A stretch of DNA of 59,224 nt, filler included, from Gonapodya sp. JEL0774 (Eukaryota): assembly GCA_027604505.1 (NCBI GenBank). It is 4 parts of 4 records of this genome, joined end to end, with 100 filler letters (N's around TTAATTAATTAA, not from the genome) between each part and the next. Parts side by side here need not be neighbours in the genome. Positions count along the whole stretch, not along the records: positions 44,686 to 59,224 come from JADIIX010000310.1; 3 more parts are not named here. One strand, given 5' to 3'. The notes under the pieces were generated by a model that saw only the letters and a list, made by a program, of their open reading frames with translations, was not told the DNA's origin and ran no database searches. Of this stretch, positions 47,708-59,224 are shown piece by piece. The translations under genes were made by a program, and so were the position numbers. The stretch's first letter is position 1, and each line of letters starts with the position of its first letter.

Positions 47708-50424
47708 ATGCCATCCCCATCCCCATCCCCGCCATCCCCGGCTCGCCACTCTGCGCCACCCTCTGTCTCCCCGCTCACGCATCCGCAGCGGATCCTCCAC
47801 ACGGCAGTCAGAGACGGAGACATCGACTCTGCATGTATCACATGACTCATGTCATCCCTGTCTCTGCCTCCCTCTCCCCCCCCTTCTTCCCCTCTCTAAC
47901 CACCCCTTTCTGTCCCTTCCCTCCCTTGTGTCCCTTCCATACCCCCCTTCCATACTCCCCTTCCATACCCCACTCCCCTACTCCCGCCCTCAGCCACCCA
48001 TACATACCCCACCATCCCGACCAACACCCCCCCCCGCCCCCCCCCCCCCGACCACAGCCCCCGCCCACCCCCTCCTCCCTCTCCCTCCTCCCTCTCCCCT
48101 CCAGCTCCTCCTCTCCCTCCTCTCCCTCCACGCTCCCCCTGACTCCCCCCTTCCTGTCTCTCTCTCTTCTCCTCTCGCAATCGCAGCAATGCGCGGTGAC
48201 GAACACGCCATACGCGCATTGACTCTGCCTGGCGTCGACGCTGATCCACTCAACAAGGACGCGTACGGCGTCACTCCTCTCCATTGGTACGTCATCAAGT
48301 GTAGGGGGCTGGGGGTGTGGGTCGGAGGTTTATGGATGGCAGTTGGGTTGTGGAGCCAAATCAGGCACACAGAACTCGTGCTGGGGGTGGGGGTTGGATA
48401 CTTCATGGATGGCAGTTGGGTTGTGGAACACGAAAACTCGTGCTGTCCTCGCCCACTTGTTGGGAGATTGAAGGCTTTGGGGATGGAAGAAGGGTTGTGG
48501 AGCCAAATCAGACACAAAGAACTCGTGCTGGGGGTGGGGGTTGGAGGCTTCATGGATGGCAGTTGGGTTGTGGAGCCAAATCAGACACAAAGAATTCGTG
48601 CTGGGGGTGGGGGTTGGAGGCTTTACAGTTGGGTTGTGGAGCCACATCAGTCACAAAAACTCGTGCTTCACCCCTGCTGGGTGGGTGGGGAGGGGTGGAG
48701 GCTTGGGGATGGCAGTTGGGTTGTGGCGCCACATCAGACAAAAAAAAAACGTGCTTCACCCCTGCTCCCCACCCTAAACCCCAACCCCAACCCCGCCCGC
48801 CCCCCCCCTACCCAACACACACACACACGCAGGGCCGCCACCCTCCCCTCGCCCACCCCCCTCCTCCTCCTCCTCCGCGCGCTCGCGAGGCACACACACG
48901 CTCGACCAGGGACGACTGGAGCTGGAAAGGGTGCGCCAGTTGGTGCGGGATGGGGGACGGGAAATCCCCCTGCGGCGGCGGCACCATCCTCGTCCCCCTC
49001 CCGCGCACCCGCACCCGCACCCTCGCATCCGGCCCGGTCCCGCACGGGCAAGGGCACGGGCAAGGGCAAGTCCAAACCCGCATCCGCATCCGCATCAGCA
49101 TCCGCCCAGGCCTCTGCCTCCACCTCCACCCCCATCCCTACCCTAACCCCCACCTCCGCCCCTGCACCGGCCTCGGACCACGCCAACGTCAGGTTCGCCG
49201 GCGACGATGGGGGCGGCGGTGGGGCGGGGACGGTGGGTGGAGGTGGAGGTGGAGGTGGAGGTGTTGGTGGGTTGTATGCGTGAGGTGGACCGGGTATCGG
49301 CGGTGTCCGGCTTTCGTCGTTCACCTTTCACCTTCCAATACCCCGCCCGTCCCGTGCCACCCACATCCACTTCTTCCCCCCTTCCCCTCCCCCCCCCCCC
49401 TCCCCCACTAGCCCCCCCCCCCCTCCCCCCACCCCTACCACCCCCCCCCCATCTCCCCCAAACCCCCTTAGCCGACCACTACGGCTCCACCCCCCTCCAC
49501 TACGCCACCGTGTCCTCCCGATTGGCGAACTACGTCGTGCTCGTGAGGTCCGGACNNNNNNNNNNGTGTGGGTGGGGGGTGGCGGGGTGCGACGGGTGGG
49601 GCCGGTGGTAGGGGCAGTCGGCACGGCGCGGGAGGACGGCGGCGCGTGGTGGTCACTCGTGTACCCCCGTTGTCCGTTGTCCGCTGTCGGTTGTCTCGTG
49701 TGCCGATGCCCAACACCCCCGAACCTGACGCATTCTTTACTTACCCCCCCCCCCCCCCCCGTGCACAAAACGTCCCCATGTGGCGACGTGCCCCAAACAC
49801 CCCACCACCCCCCCCCCCCACCATCCACCCACCCAGCACCCACCAGCCTACGAATCCCTCATCACCGCCGACCTCGCCCGCCGTCAAGAAGCCGCGGACG
49901 CCGCTGCTGCACTCGCGGCGTCCAAAAAGGCCCGCGGGAAGGGGAAGGGAAAGGCCAAGAGTGCAGGTGGGGGAGCCGGGAAGGCAGGGGCGGCTGGTGG
50001 GACGACGGCACGGGGTGGGGCGGCGGGTGGAGCTGGTGGTGGCGGTGGTGGTCGGAACGCGGCCACGGTGTCGAAACCAGGGACGCCCGCCGCCCCACCT
50101 CGCGCAGCCGCGGCGGCTGGAACACGGATGACCCCGCCCGCCCCCGCACCCGCACCCGCGCCTTCCACAACCGTTCCCACGACCTCGCCTCTGCCTCCCT
50201 TGCCGACCACCTCCGCCTCTGGGTACGCACCGCCCCTGTTTTCCTCCGACGCAGATCCGTTTCAAAGGGGAACCAAGACCGGGTATGCCGGTACAGGCGT
50301 GGGTGCTGGGTCGGGGTCAGGGTCCGTGAAGGGCTCGGGGGCGAGTTTGGACCAGGGCGGGCGGAGGGTGAAGGCGAACACGGTCAAAGGGTTCGTGGCG
50401 GGGGGGAAGAAGGAAGGGGTGTGA
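47708..50424 (+). CDS. Ankyrin-repeat protein with long G/A/P-rich insertions, multi-exon
   Basis: ILHTAVRDGDIDS, PLAIAAMRGD, DAYGVTPLHW|AA, DHYGSTPLHYAT. ATG at 47708, stop at 50422-50424. Contains an internal N gap. Confidence 0.75.
48330..48770. repeat. Intronic minisatellite (~70-85-bp unit, ~6 copies)
   Basis: GGATGGCAGTTGGGTTGTGGAGCCAAATCAGACACAAAGAACTCGTGCT core recurs near 48333, 48407, 48481, 48554, 48626 and 48707. Confidence 0.85.
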
Positions 50425-51753
50425 AGTGGGGTGGGCGGGACAGGGGGCGTCCGAGGTGTGGTGGCGGGGGTGGTGCGTTACTGGACAACTGCTCGTTGGA
50501 TGCGGTGGGCGTGTGTGAGCGGGTGGAGGCACTCTGGGTGGGGGATTGGAGAAGGAGAGGGGCTGTATTTGGCGAAGGGGACTCGTCGCTGCGGGACCGC
50601 ACCAGTGCCTTATGTACGTGAAGTGGAGAAGGACTGGGGCAGGACAAGTCCACGTCTGCAAAACCGCCGACTGAATCGCATCAACGTCGCTGTGGGAAAT
50701 TCCGAACGAAAACCGAAAAGCGAGGACACAAACGAAATCAATCGAAGAGCGACAAAATGATAACCGAATGGGGGGACCTTGAAACCACGATACAAAACCG
50801 AACCAAACCAAACAAACCCGCAACACATCGTTACCGTGTTTTGTGTTGGTCTCGAGGCGAAACAAAATATTACATCGCATCTGCATCCCGGTTGTAAAAA
50901 AGAGCAGAACGTCATCCACATTGTTCTCCCGTGTCACTTTAATTGTGAGTGGATGATAACTTGGATGTGATGCGGGCGTGTGAAACACCCGTCGTCCCAC
51001 TTTGCCCCCACTGAACGCCGGCCGCCGTCCGGCAATCGGGTCCACTCGTCTTGCGATTCTTTCGGCCATGACGAGATTCTCAACGCACCGGCAGGAACAT
51101 CTTCAAGATTTTGGCTGTCACGAGCCTTCCTTAGCAGTTTGGCCACATTTGGCGACAGAGCCGTCTTGAAGATCGCCCTGTGGCAATAGTGCATCTCCAG
51201 TGTGAATTCGTTCTGAAGAGTCCGAGGGCCATGAGGTGCCAATCTGATAGAGTATGAAGATGTTGTGAACGTCTACACGAAGTGCATCAAAGTTGCTCTA
51301 AAGAGAGTCTTTCGCCAGCGCTCTGTCATTCATTTAGAAGTCCCAAAACAAGTCGTTGATAAACCGTATGTTTCTACAATCGCAGTTGGATTTTACCGCG
51401 CACAACGAGCAACAGTACCATTTTTAGTGAGGTCGATCACATTATTCATAATGCATTTGGTTTTTTCTATTTTGCAAACACCTTTTGTGCAAAAGAGCAA
51501 CTCGACTCAACAGAACACACAAATTTCACAAGTCTGAGCTACTATGATAAGGAAATCACGTGCAACAGATAGGAGACCAATGATCCAAACCCGACGGAGA
51601 AAATACGCTCCAAACCCAACATCTTTGCGGCCACGGACTCTTGCAAACGGGCATCAAACGCCCATCAACCTTCAATGCATCCATCTGAACCAAGCTTATA
51701 TACATGTGGTTTTCCCTTTTCCAGTCGACTCAAAGAGGTCCTTGCAGGGCGGT

Positions 51754-52306
51754 TTATTTCTTGGTGGGGTCGAGCATCTTGCGCTCCCAAGCGGCGTGCT
51801 GGGCCCACTTCTCGTAGACTAGCAAGAGAGCCATAGAGTGAAATGGTAGGAGCGCATTGAGGTCAGCCATTGTGCGAACGCAACACGCGTCTCCCAAACA
51901 CCCTCACCGATCCCGTCACCCGTGGAAGGGCGGCGCTTGGTTTGCAGAGGTTGCGCTGGCTGAGATGAGGCCGTGGTCACTGGTGGATCTACAGGTGCTA
52001 CGATAGAGAACCATGAGCGACATTCGTCCATTCTGGAAAGTGGAAATTTACACGCGTCGGGGACCATAATGACCGGAAGTAACAGCAGCGACACGCTGAA
52101 ACTCAGTCAACTTGTCTTCCAAGCATCGTGCTGCTCGGGAAGCACGGCCGAGCACTGCAGCACCCACAGTGAAATAGGACCCTGACCCTCAATGAGAACT
52201 CACCTCGAGCAGCCGTATTTCCTAAGATACCCGTCGCTGCCGTGCCAGAGAGCCTTCTGTAAAGAGCGTTGAGGTGGGATGATGGCTGAGAGTGGTGGTC
52301 GTCCAT
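51754..52306 (-). CDS. Small multi-exon hypothetical protein
   Basis: MDDHHSQPSSHLNALYRRL...AAR|VLGRASRAARCLEDKL...GEG|VYEKWAQHAAWERKMLDPTKK*. First and last junctions are phase-consistent GT-AG; the middle one is uncertain. Confidence 0.45.
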
Positions 52307-53334
52307 TTTGGGTTGTTTGAAGCGAAGGAAAGCTGAAGTTCTCAGATGGTCACTTGAGCGCATGAGAGTTTCACGAGAAGAAGACGAGAATAAGAAAGGG
52401 ACGATACATGGGAAAGAAGAGAAAAGTAAGCCGGGAATGAGAAGGACCAGATGGTGTTGGTTCGGCGTGAAGAAGCCGACCAGCGTGGTGAAACATCATC
52501 TCGCCTCCGGCTCTCGTACAAGTCTGGAATGTACATTCCCGGGCTCTCTCCACGCAAAGACGGCCACTCACGATTGAAGGTTTTCGCCGCGTTGCAAGTT
52601 AGTTAGTTTATATGGTGGTAATAAAGGGGAAGTAAATGTTTCCGCTGAGTGCCAAGCCACGCAAGCAAGGGATGGATGAGAGAGCCCAGCAACAAACCTC
52701 GGGTACCTGTCTCCCAGAAAATACAAACCCACCTTCCAGCAGCACCTATGTTTCAACCTATGCACATGTCCTTCTGAGGTTTTGTTTCTATTTTCATCTC
52801 GGGTTGTTTTGGGGAGAGAAGTGCATTACGTTCCTCCTCATATTTACATTCACGGATGTTGGTCGCGGAGTGCGCCTTCACTTTCACGGTTCTTTGAATC
52901 AGTAGTTTGTCTGTCTTCCGGCTGTTGGTTTGAAGGTTATGATCGTGGGGCGATTCAGTTGCCCCTTGCCGGCCGAGTCAACAAGCGACGGTGTCGCGAT
53001 TCCCGCTTGAAACACGTAAAGTTGAGCGCAGAACCTGTCATTTATTCTTTCCGTAGAGGCTGAATCTTGACATAGCAGACTTGTCGGAATTGCTCCCTTC
53101 ATATTTTGTGAGTCATATAGTGATATGTGAGATAATAGGATTGCGTGATCGTCGCTCGATCACCGACTCCACAATCACGAGAAACGAACTCCTTGTGGAA
53201 CACTTTAGAGTCATAAAATGGCTGATCCGTAAGTTATTCAGTTGTTGGCAGCAACGATTCTCTTCATCCTTTGATTTGAAATCCTCTCGCAACTCACTAA
53301 CAACATACATATTACATAACTAACTTGTTCGGAC

Positions 53335-55982
53335 ATGGAAACCGGCAGCCATCCACCACCCGGAAACGAAAATTTTCCTCCCATCTCTCGCTCTGAGTCC
53401 CTCACGACGCTAGTCAACGGCGAAGGGAGTCTCAGTATTGTCCCTCGCAAACGCGTTTCACCCATCGAGGACACCTCGAATGGGTTACCAGATGAAGGCA
53501 CCATAGAATCGGAAGCATCGGAAGGTCCCGACGATGATGATTTTCTCCAGGATCCAACGGAGGGCAGCTGTTCGTTCTGGCAGACTGTATTCAACACCTA
53601 CAACATCCTCGTTGGGATAGGTTCGTGGTTACCAACAGAGACAGAGGCTTGGTTCTGGTTGTATTGGCGATTCGTCACGTCTGCTCGGCAAAATTTTTGT
53701 GGTGAAGAGTTCTGCCACCGCAATGAACGATTCGTCACAAATGTGACGAGTTACACTGACCGAAACAACTCTTGTGTCCCCAATAAAACGAACTGGAAAT
53801 ATGCGTCTCTTGATGTTAATTTGTAATGTGTCAACCTGATCGGTCAACTGCGTTCTTTACGTAGGAGTGCTCACCCTACCTTATGCCATTCACCTTTCTG
53901 GGTGGGTTATCGGGATTGGCACTATTATTGGAACCTCTGCGCTCATGGACTTGACGGGCAAGCTAATTATAAATTCTATGAACAAGTGAGCAAAGTGTAG
54001 GAATCCCGTCTATTTCTCTGAATCCCACCTGTTCTTCATCCCCAGGGACCCCACGATTCATTCAATACCAGACCTTGCCGACTCCGCCTTTGGTCTCACC
54101 GGTGAACTCTTGGCGACCGTTGTCTTTGCGGGTGAACTGATCGCCGTTCTGGTCGGAAGCGTCGTGCTTGTAGGCGATAACATGTTGGTCCTCTTGGCAA
54201 CATTCGGAGTCGGGTCTGAAGGGAAAGACGGACCGGGATCCCTCCATGGAGGGGACGGCCCCGTGCCTTTTTGGACTGTCTGTGTGTTGTGCGGTGTGAC
54301 GTGCTATTTGCTCAGTTTCTTGCCGTTGCGATACTTGGCATATACAAGCGCGGCGGGGATGGGTGCGAGCCTGCTTTTGGTGAGGCTCAGAATAAGGCAG
54401 ATCAACCGTCATAAGAACGCGCTTTCTGCACCAATCTGAGATGACTTTTCAGGTTGCCGCCATCTTCTGGGATGGGTTCGCCACTCGTTCGCCGCCTGGC
54501 TCTCTCCTAGATCCGATGCCGACGCGTTTGTTCCCTGACTCCTTGGCCGGTGCAACGCTTATCGTTGGAATAGCGTGTGCGTGTTTAAGTGGGCATGCAG
54601 GTGCGAGAGGACGGTGAACCCGCTCAAGGCTCGGGAAAGACGCAATTCACACCTTCGTCCCTCTGTTTCAGCGGTGCCCACCTTGTACCTTTCTATGAAG
54701 GAAAAATACTTAATGCCCCTTGTTCTTGATCTATCGTTCTTCCTGGCAACGCTCACGTATCTTGCTATAGGGTGCACGGGGTACCTCATGTTTGGAGAGC
54801 TCGTGGAAGATGAGGTGCCGTTTTGCAGTTTAGGTAGTACTACTTGCATTTCCATGTATTCACGCCAACTTCCCTGTCCTCCCTTTTTGCCACCTCTTCT
54901 ATGTCATAGGTCACTAAGAATCTCGCACAGCTCGAAGCAAATAAATGGCTGGGTGCACTGCTTGCGGCACTGATGGTGTTCATTCCACTCACAAAAGTCA
55001 GTTGGTTCAAGTTCATCCGAGGCTCCACAATTTTGTAACGTTCTCATTTGCATCATCACTTCCTGGATTTCATCTTTCCGCAGTTCCCACTGTGCGTCGA
55101 GCCTACAATTGAGGCGATCGAATCAGCAATCGGGAAACATTGGATTGGAATTGAGGGTCCTCCCCGAAAGCGAGCTCGGTCCATCTCGCATGTCGGTCGA
55201 CCCGTAGTGCGGACTCAACGCACACTTGCACCTCAAGTTATTGCGATCCGGGTCGCAACGGAGAGAGATCCACTACTACAATACCAAGGCCTATCTCACT
55301 TCTCAAGTGATGCGCTGAGCCGCAGTCCGCCTGGGCGGTCAAACATCCCATCAGGACCTGGGCAAGAGGATCTTGTTTTTTCGGGGCCAGCTCGAGGCAC
55401 TGCCTCCTCCGCCACTGCGGTGGACTCGAGCGTACTTGTGCCAGAAATGGCACCAAAGGTAGACGAGCAACCTGGAGATCGACACGTACGTTATGGGGGG
55501 AGGTTCCTCCTAACATCTCGGAGCCGACTTGGGGTGAGAACAGCCCTAATTGTGTTCGCTGTGACGATGGCCATTCTTTTTCCAAAGTTTGAATCTATCA
55601 TGGGTATAATGGTGTGTTACGCTCTGCTCTTCTGATTTTGGAACGTTCACAAACTCCGTTTTTTCCCAAGGGCGCGGCATTCAGCTCTATCGTATGCACA
55701 GTCATCCCAGCAGGCTGTGCATGGAAAATGGGTGTATGGGTCGACTTGGGAGAGGCAGCAGTACCGGAGTACAAGTGGCCCACTGGAAGCGACGAGATAT
55801 CACGCTTCTCTGACATCCGTGTGGACCTTATACCACCGTGGGGAGTTCCTAAAAAGCTCACAACAATGGAGTCATTTGGAGCGTTTCTCCGGCGAAGATG
55901 GGTAGGGTTGAGAGCACCATTACTGGTCCTTGCATCTATGTTGGTGTCAGCTCTGGGACTTGCTGGTACTTTGTGGCACTAG
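53335..55982 (+). CDS. AVT1: Vacuolar amino acid transporter (AAAP/Aa_trans family, Avt1-like)
   Basis: Acidic N-tail, CSFWQTVFNTYNILVGIGVLTLPYA, LPLRYLAYTS, VPTLYLSMK, GYLMFG, PLTKFPL, ILFPKFESIMGIMGA. The symbol is family-level only. Confidence 0.85.
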
Positions 55983-56379
55983 TGCGTTTTGTGGGCCAAT
56001 GGCATGAAGATATGGGAAGTTTCGGAACCAATAATTTGGTATGTATATGATATGTTACATAGTAAATGAAAACTCCAATCATTCAGTTGCCATTGATGCA
56101 CGGTGCTGCCGTTTGATGCTTTTGTGGATAATCCGAGGGTCGAAATAAGATGTCATGTGAGGTCTGTAGTAAGTATGGGTCTCATTGAATTATGTATGTT
56201 TATTTTGCGTTGCGTTTTGCTATCGTTAGAGCACTTTTCTAGTCTATTCTTGTTCCTTGGTGGGGGACCATACGAAGCTTGCACCAGAACAGATAATTAA
56301 AACGAGTACAAGAAGTGAGACGGAGATCGCACGTTAAACGAAACACTCGCAATTCCACCACTAGACATAGTGAAATCAC

Positions 56380-58035
56380 TCACAGAAACTCCACATCACT
56401 CCCCGTAAAAAGCGCTTTTGAAACAAACTTCGCCTCCACCTCACAACCTCCCTTCACCATAACTTCCCCCTTTACTGAGGCCCTTTCCGGAGAGACGAGT
56501 TCTTTGATAACCTGATTTCCATCGACCTGTTCCAGTGCAAACGTGGTGTGCGTGTCGTTTATCTTGACGGTGTAGGTAAGTTTGCGAGATTGTTGGGTTC
56601 TCCCGACAAATATCTGCTTGTGCTCTCGAGCATGCACCCGCACTGTCGTGAACGGTGCATCAGCATCAAGCGTGGCAGCAGGCGGTTGAAACGCATGCGT
56701 TCTCGTATTAGGCACGCCATTCAAACAGCCAGCCACGCCAGGTGCATGAGGGAAGCCGGGTGATCCGCAGATTCCACCAAGGAAGGTGGGTACGCTTTCT
56801 TCTGCAAAGATTTTGGAAGCGACCGGGCAGTTGGAGATGGATTGGTTGGAGGAGGAGCCGGGGCAGATACGCAGTTTAGCAAGGGTCCGTTGGGACATAA
56901 AGGTTTTGCCCTTTGGTCAACAACACGCAGGAATAGTGAACGGGAAATGGATTGCGGTGTGACGACGGTCAATGAATCAATACCATGCTCATAACGGCAG
57001 ACATCCATGAAGGAAGGTTCATCCTGATTTGTTTGAAAAGAGAGAGTTGAAATTCAAGAACTAGCTGCAAACTGTGGAAAGGTAGAACGCACATGACAGC
57101 CACGCCCACTAACTGTGGGTAGTAAATCTCTGAGGCTTTCGAGGAAATACCGAGTGCTTTAAAGAAGCGACGGTCCATGCTGGAAGAAAAGGAGATGTGA
57201 CTGAAGTCTGCGTATGATTCACACGTCATGGCACCGTGTGGGAAAGTGAGTCAAGAGCAGTTTGACGCTTACGTCAAACGAAACAGACCGTTCACGCCCA
57301 CCAGTTTGGTAATGATACCCGTTTTGCGTGTCATCGAATCGCATCTTGTGATGAGGTGTGAAACATTGAACAACCCAATCTTGAGGGAAGAAACCGAGCA
57401 CGTTCCTCACATTCGAAATGCTTCTTCTCTTTGAAACAACATCCATTCTGCAACCTGCTCCGGTGTAGCGACTTCCATGAGACCAGCGGCGTTCGTCAAT
57501 CCCGAGCGAATGATTTGAAATGGAGAGCCGTCCAAAAGTTGTTTATGCAGAGCTACTCCGACACAATAAGGTCCAACGATATCGTTGTGGGGAGGTGGGC
57601 CTGAAATAATCATATTGCGGGTTTTGATTCTGGCGTTTCCCCATAGTGAAAGCAATTCCGATTTTGCAAGGGCTCACCACCCTCAGCAATAGATTGTAGT
57701 AATAAAGCGTGGGTAGTCCTCCATTTTATTGTTTCACGAAGGCTCGATTCTGTTGAAAGGGTGAGGCGATCATGAATCGCGTAGTATATGAACAGGATCG
57801 GGGTCGACCTCATCCTAAAGGCGCATTACAACCTACCAGCTATGGCAAGGTCTTGATTGGACATACAGAATCGTAGAATGAACAAGTCGTCGTACTGGTG
57901 GGCGTTCTCTGGGGTAATCATGTCTTTCACTGCATCTCTCAGTTTCGCGATGCGTTCTTGGTGTTTTTCCTTCTCATCGGCGACGAGTTTGAAAGATCCA
58001 CTCCAACTGCCGCCAGCGGGGGGTTGAGGAGACAT
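56380..58035 (-). CDS. CRAL-TRIO (Sec14-like) lipid-binding protein with possible C-terminal GOLD-like beta domain; 3' end uncertain
   Basis: YDDLFILRFCMS...LRETIKWR (CRAL-TRIO N-terminus), DGSPFQIIR, YYPQL, NLPSW, KPLMSQRTLAKL, VPTFLGG, then VRVHARE. Confidence 0.8.
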
Positions 58036-59224
58036 GAAATTGTCGGGCAGATGGGGCGGCGCATACCGTACAAGTAGTAATAATGTCACCCAAATCCGAT
58101 CTCACATATGTAATGAAAATCCATCGACCACAACGAAGCTCTCATCCTCTTAACTTCGTATTTCCATTTCTCCCCCTCTTCTCGTCTATCTTCTCACATC
58201 GATCGGGTTTGGTTATTATTACAACTAGAACGTCTTTGAATACCGAGGTGGTTGACTGTTTAGTATTGGGAATTCGGGCACTCAGATTGGGGCGCTTGAC
58301 CTTGTGGCTGAAAAGAACTCCAATGCGTTTCCACTGGTGGTTACCTGTTTCCCACCTGTCAGGCCTCGTTTGCTACAGTGGTCCAAAAGACCCATATGGT
58401 TTAGAAGATACATTTCGAGTAGCATTCTTTGAGAAAAGTCAATACGGCATGGGTAAATCACCCTTCAAGGCTCCAGCAAAGCGCTTCAAGCATTGTCACA
58501 AAGCTTGCTTGAGTTGAATTCATCTACTTGACAAGTGTGGCGGACTTCATGGAGCCGTCACGAATACTTGAAAACTTGAACTAATGAAATACATTTGAGA
58601 AGGGTGGAAGATACAACGACTTTTGAACTGATTGACGCCCACACAGGGAGCCACCGCGCGGGGGGGGGGCCCCGCGGGGCCGCCCGGGGCGCCCGCCGCG
58701 CGGGGGGGGGCCGCGCGCGGGGGGGGCGGCCCACACACACCAAACCACACACTGCTCACGGGTGCCGTGCAGGGCAGCGGAGATCCGAGGCGAGTGAACC
58801 CTGAATCCCGCGCAGCCGACTCACTCACTCGCCGGTCCCCGACGCCGGCCTGGCCAATCTCGATCTCACGACCGTCGCGTCCGTCGGCTCGGTGGCGGCA
58901 TGGGCATGGGGCCAGGTAAGGGCAAGGGACATACATACCACCCTTCGGCTTCACCCCGGCGGAACTCACGATCCAACGCCAGGGTTCAACGGAGGGTTAA
59001 GGGAACCCCGACTTTAGTTTTTGGGAAGTGCACACCTGGACTGTACTGTACGGATTCTGTTGTACGTATCCCCACCCCCCTCCTCACCCAACCCCCCAAA
59101 GATGAGTTCCGTGCACGGCCCTCTGAACCGCCGTGGTGGGGGGGGGGGGGGGGGGGGGGGAGGGGGTGGGGGGCCGCGGGCGCCGCGCGCAGGGGGCGTG
59201 GTGTGGGGGGGCCAAACACGAATG

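Noticed and set aside
48330..48770. CRISPR-like array
   Set aside because: Eukaryotic intron; the would-be spacers are themselves repeated and no cas genes are present.
44686..50620. Many long overlapping G/P/R-rich ORFs
   Set aside because: Products of poly-G/C, stop-poor sequence and N gaps; explained by the SDR and ankyrin gene models.
58910..58922. CTTACCTGG on the minus strand resembling the U1 snRNA 5' end
   Set aside because: Lacks the ATA start, U1 loop motifs and Sm site; more simply a plus-strand CAG|GTAAG donor-like sequence.

Overview
Eukaryotic genomic DNA, almost certainly fungal (GT-AG introns; Ecl1, Fcy2 and Avt1 family genes). An early-diverging lineage is plausible but is inference only. 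The window is four unlinked ~14.5-14.9 kb contigs joined by artificial 100-nt N44-TTAATTAATTAA-N44 linkers, so synteny across linkers means nothing. Contig 1 (1-14861): an Ecl1-domain gene, an NAD(P)-dependent Gre2-like reductase, and a near-complete, apparently young Ty3/Gypsy LTR retrotransposon on the minus strand. The element has a GGGAAAC -1 frameshift with a candidate pseudoknot, an extended tRNA-like PBS, a degenerate chromodomain and an extra third ORF. Contig 2 (14962-29808): relic-rich, with a divergent Puf6/Pumilio-like gene, a chromodomain relic and dense short-motif clusters. Contig 3 (29909-44585): an ~870-bp duplication carrying tRNA-Glu(CTC) that brackets a PTS1-ending hydrophilic gene, SRP102 and HEM4, followed by a cyclin relic, a purine-cytosine permease and an arylsulfatase. 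Contig 4 (44686-59224): a poly-G/C-rich zone with an SDR and an ankyrin gene whose introns are G-rich at the 5' end and C-rich at the 3' end, then an Avt1-like transporter and a CRAL-TRIO protein. Gene coordinates are outer bounds of multi-exon models read by eye. No database searches were run.
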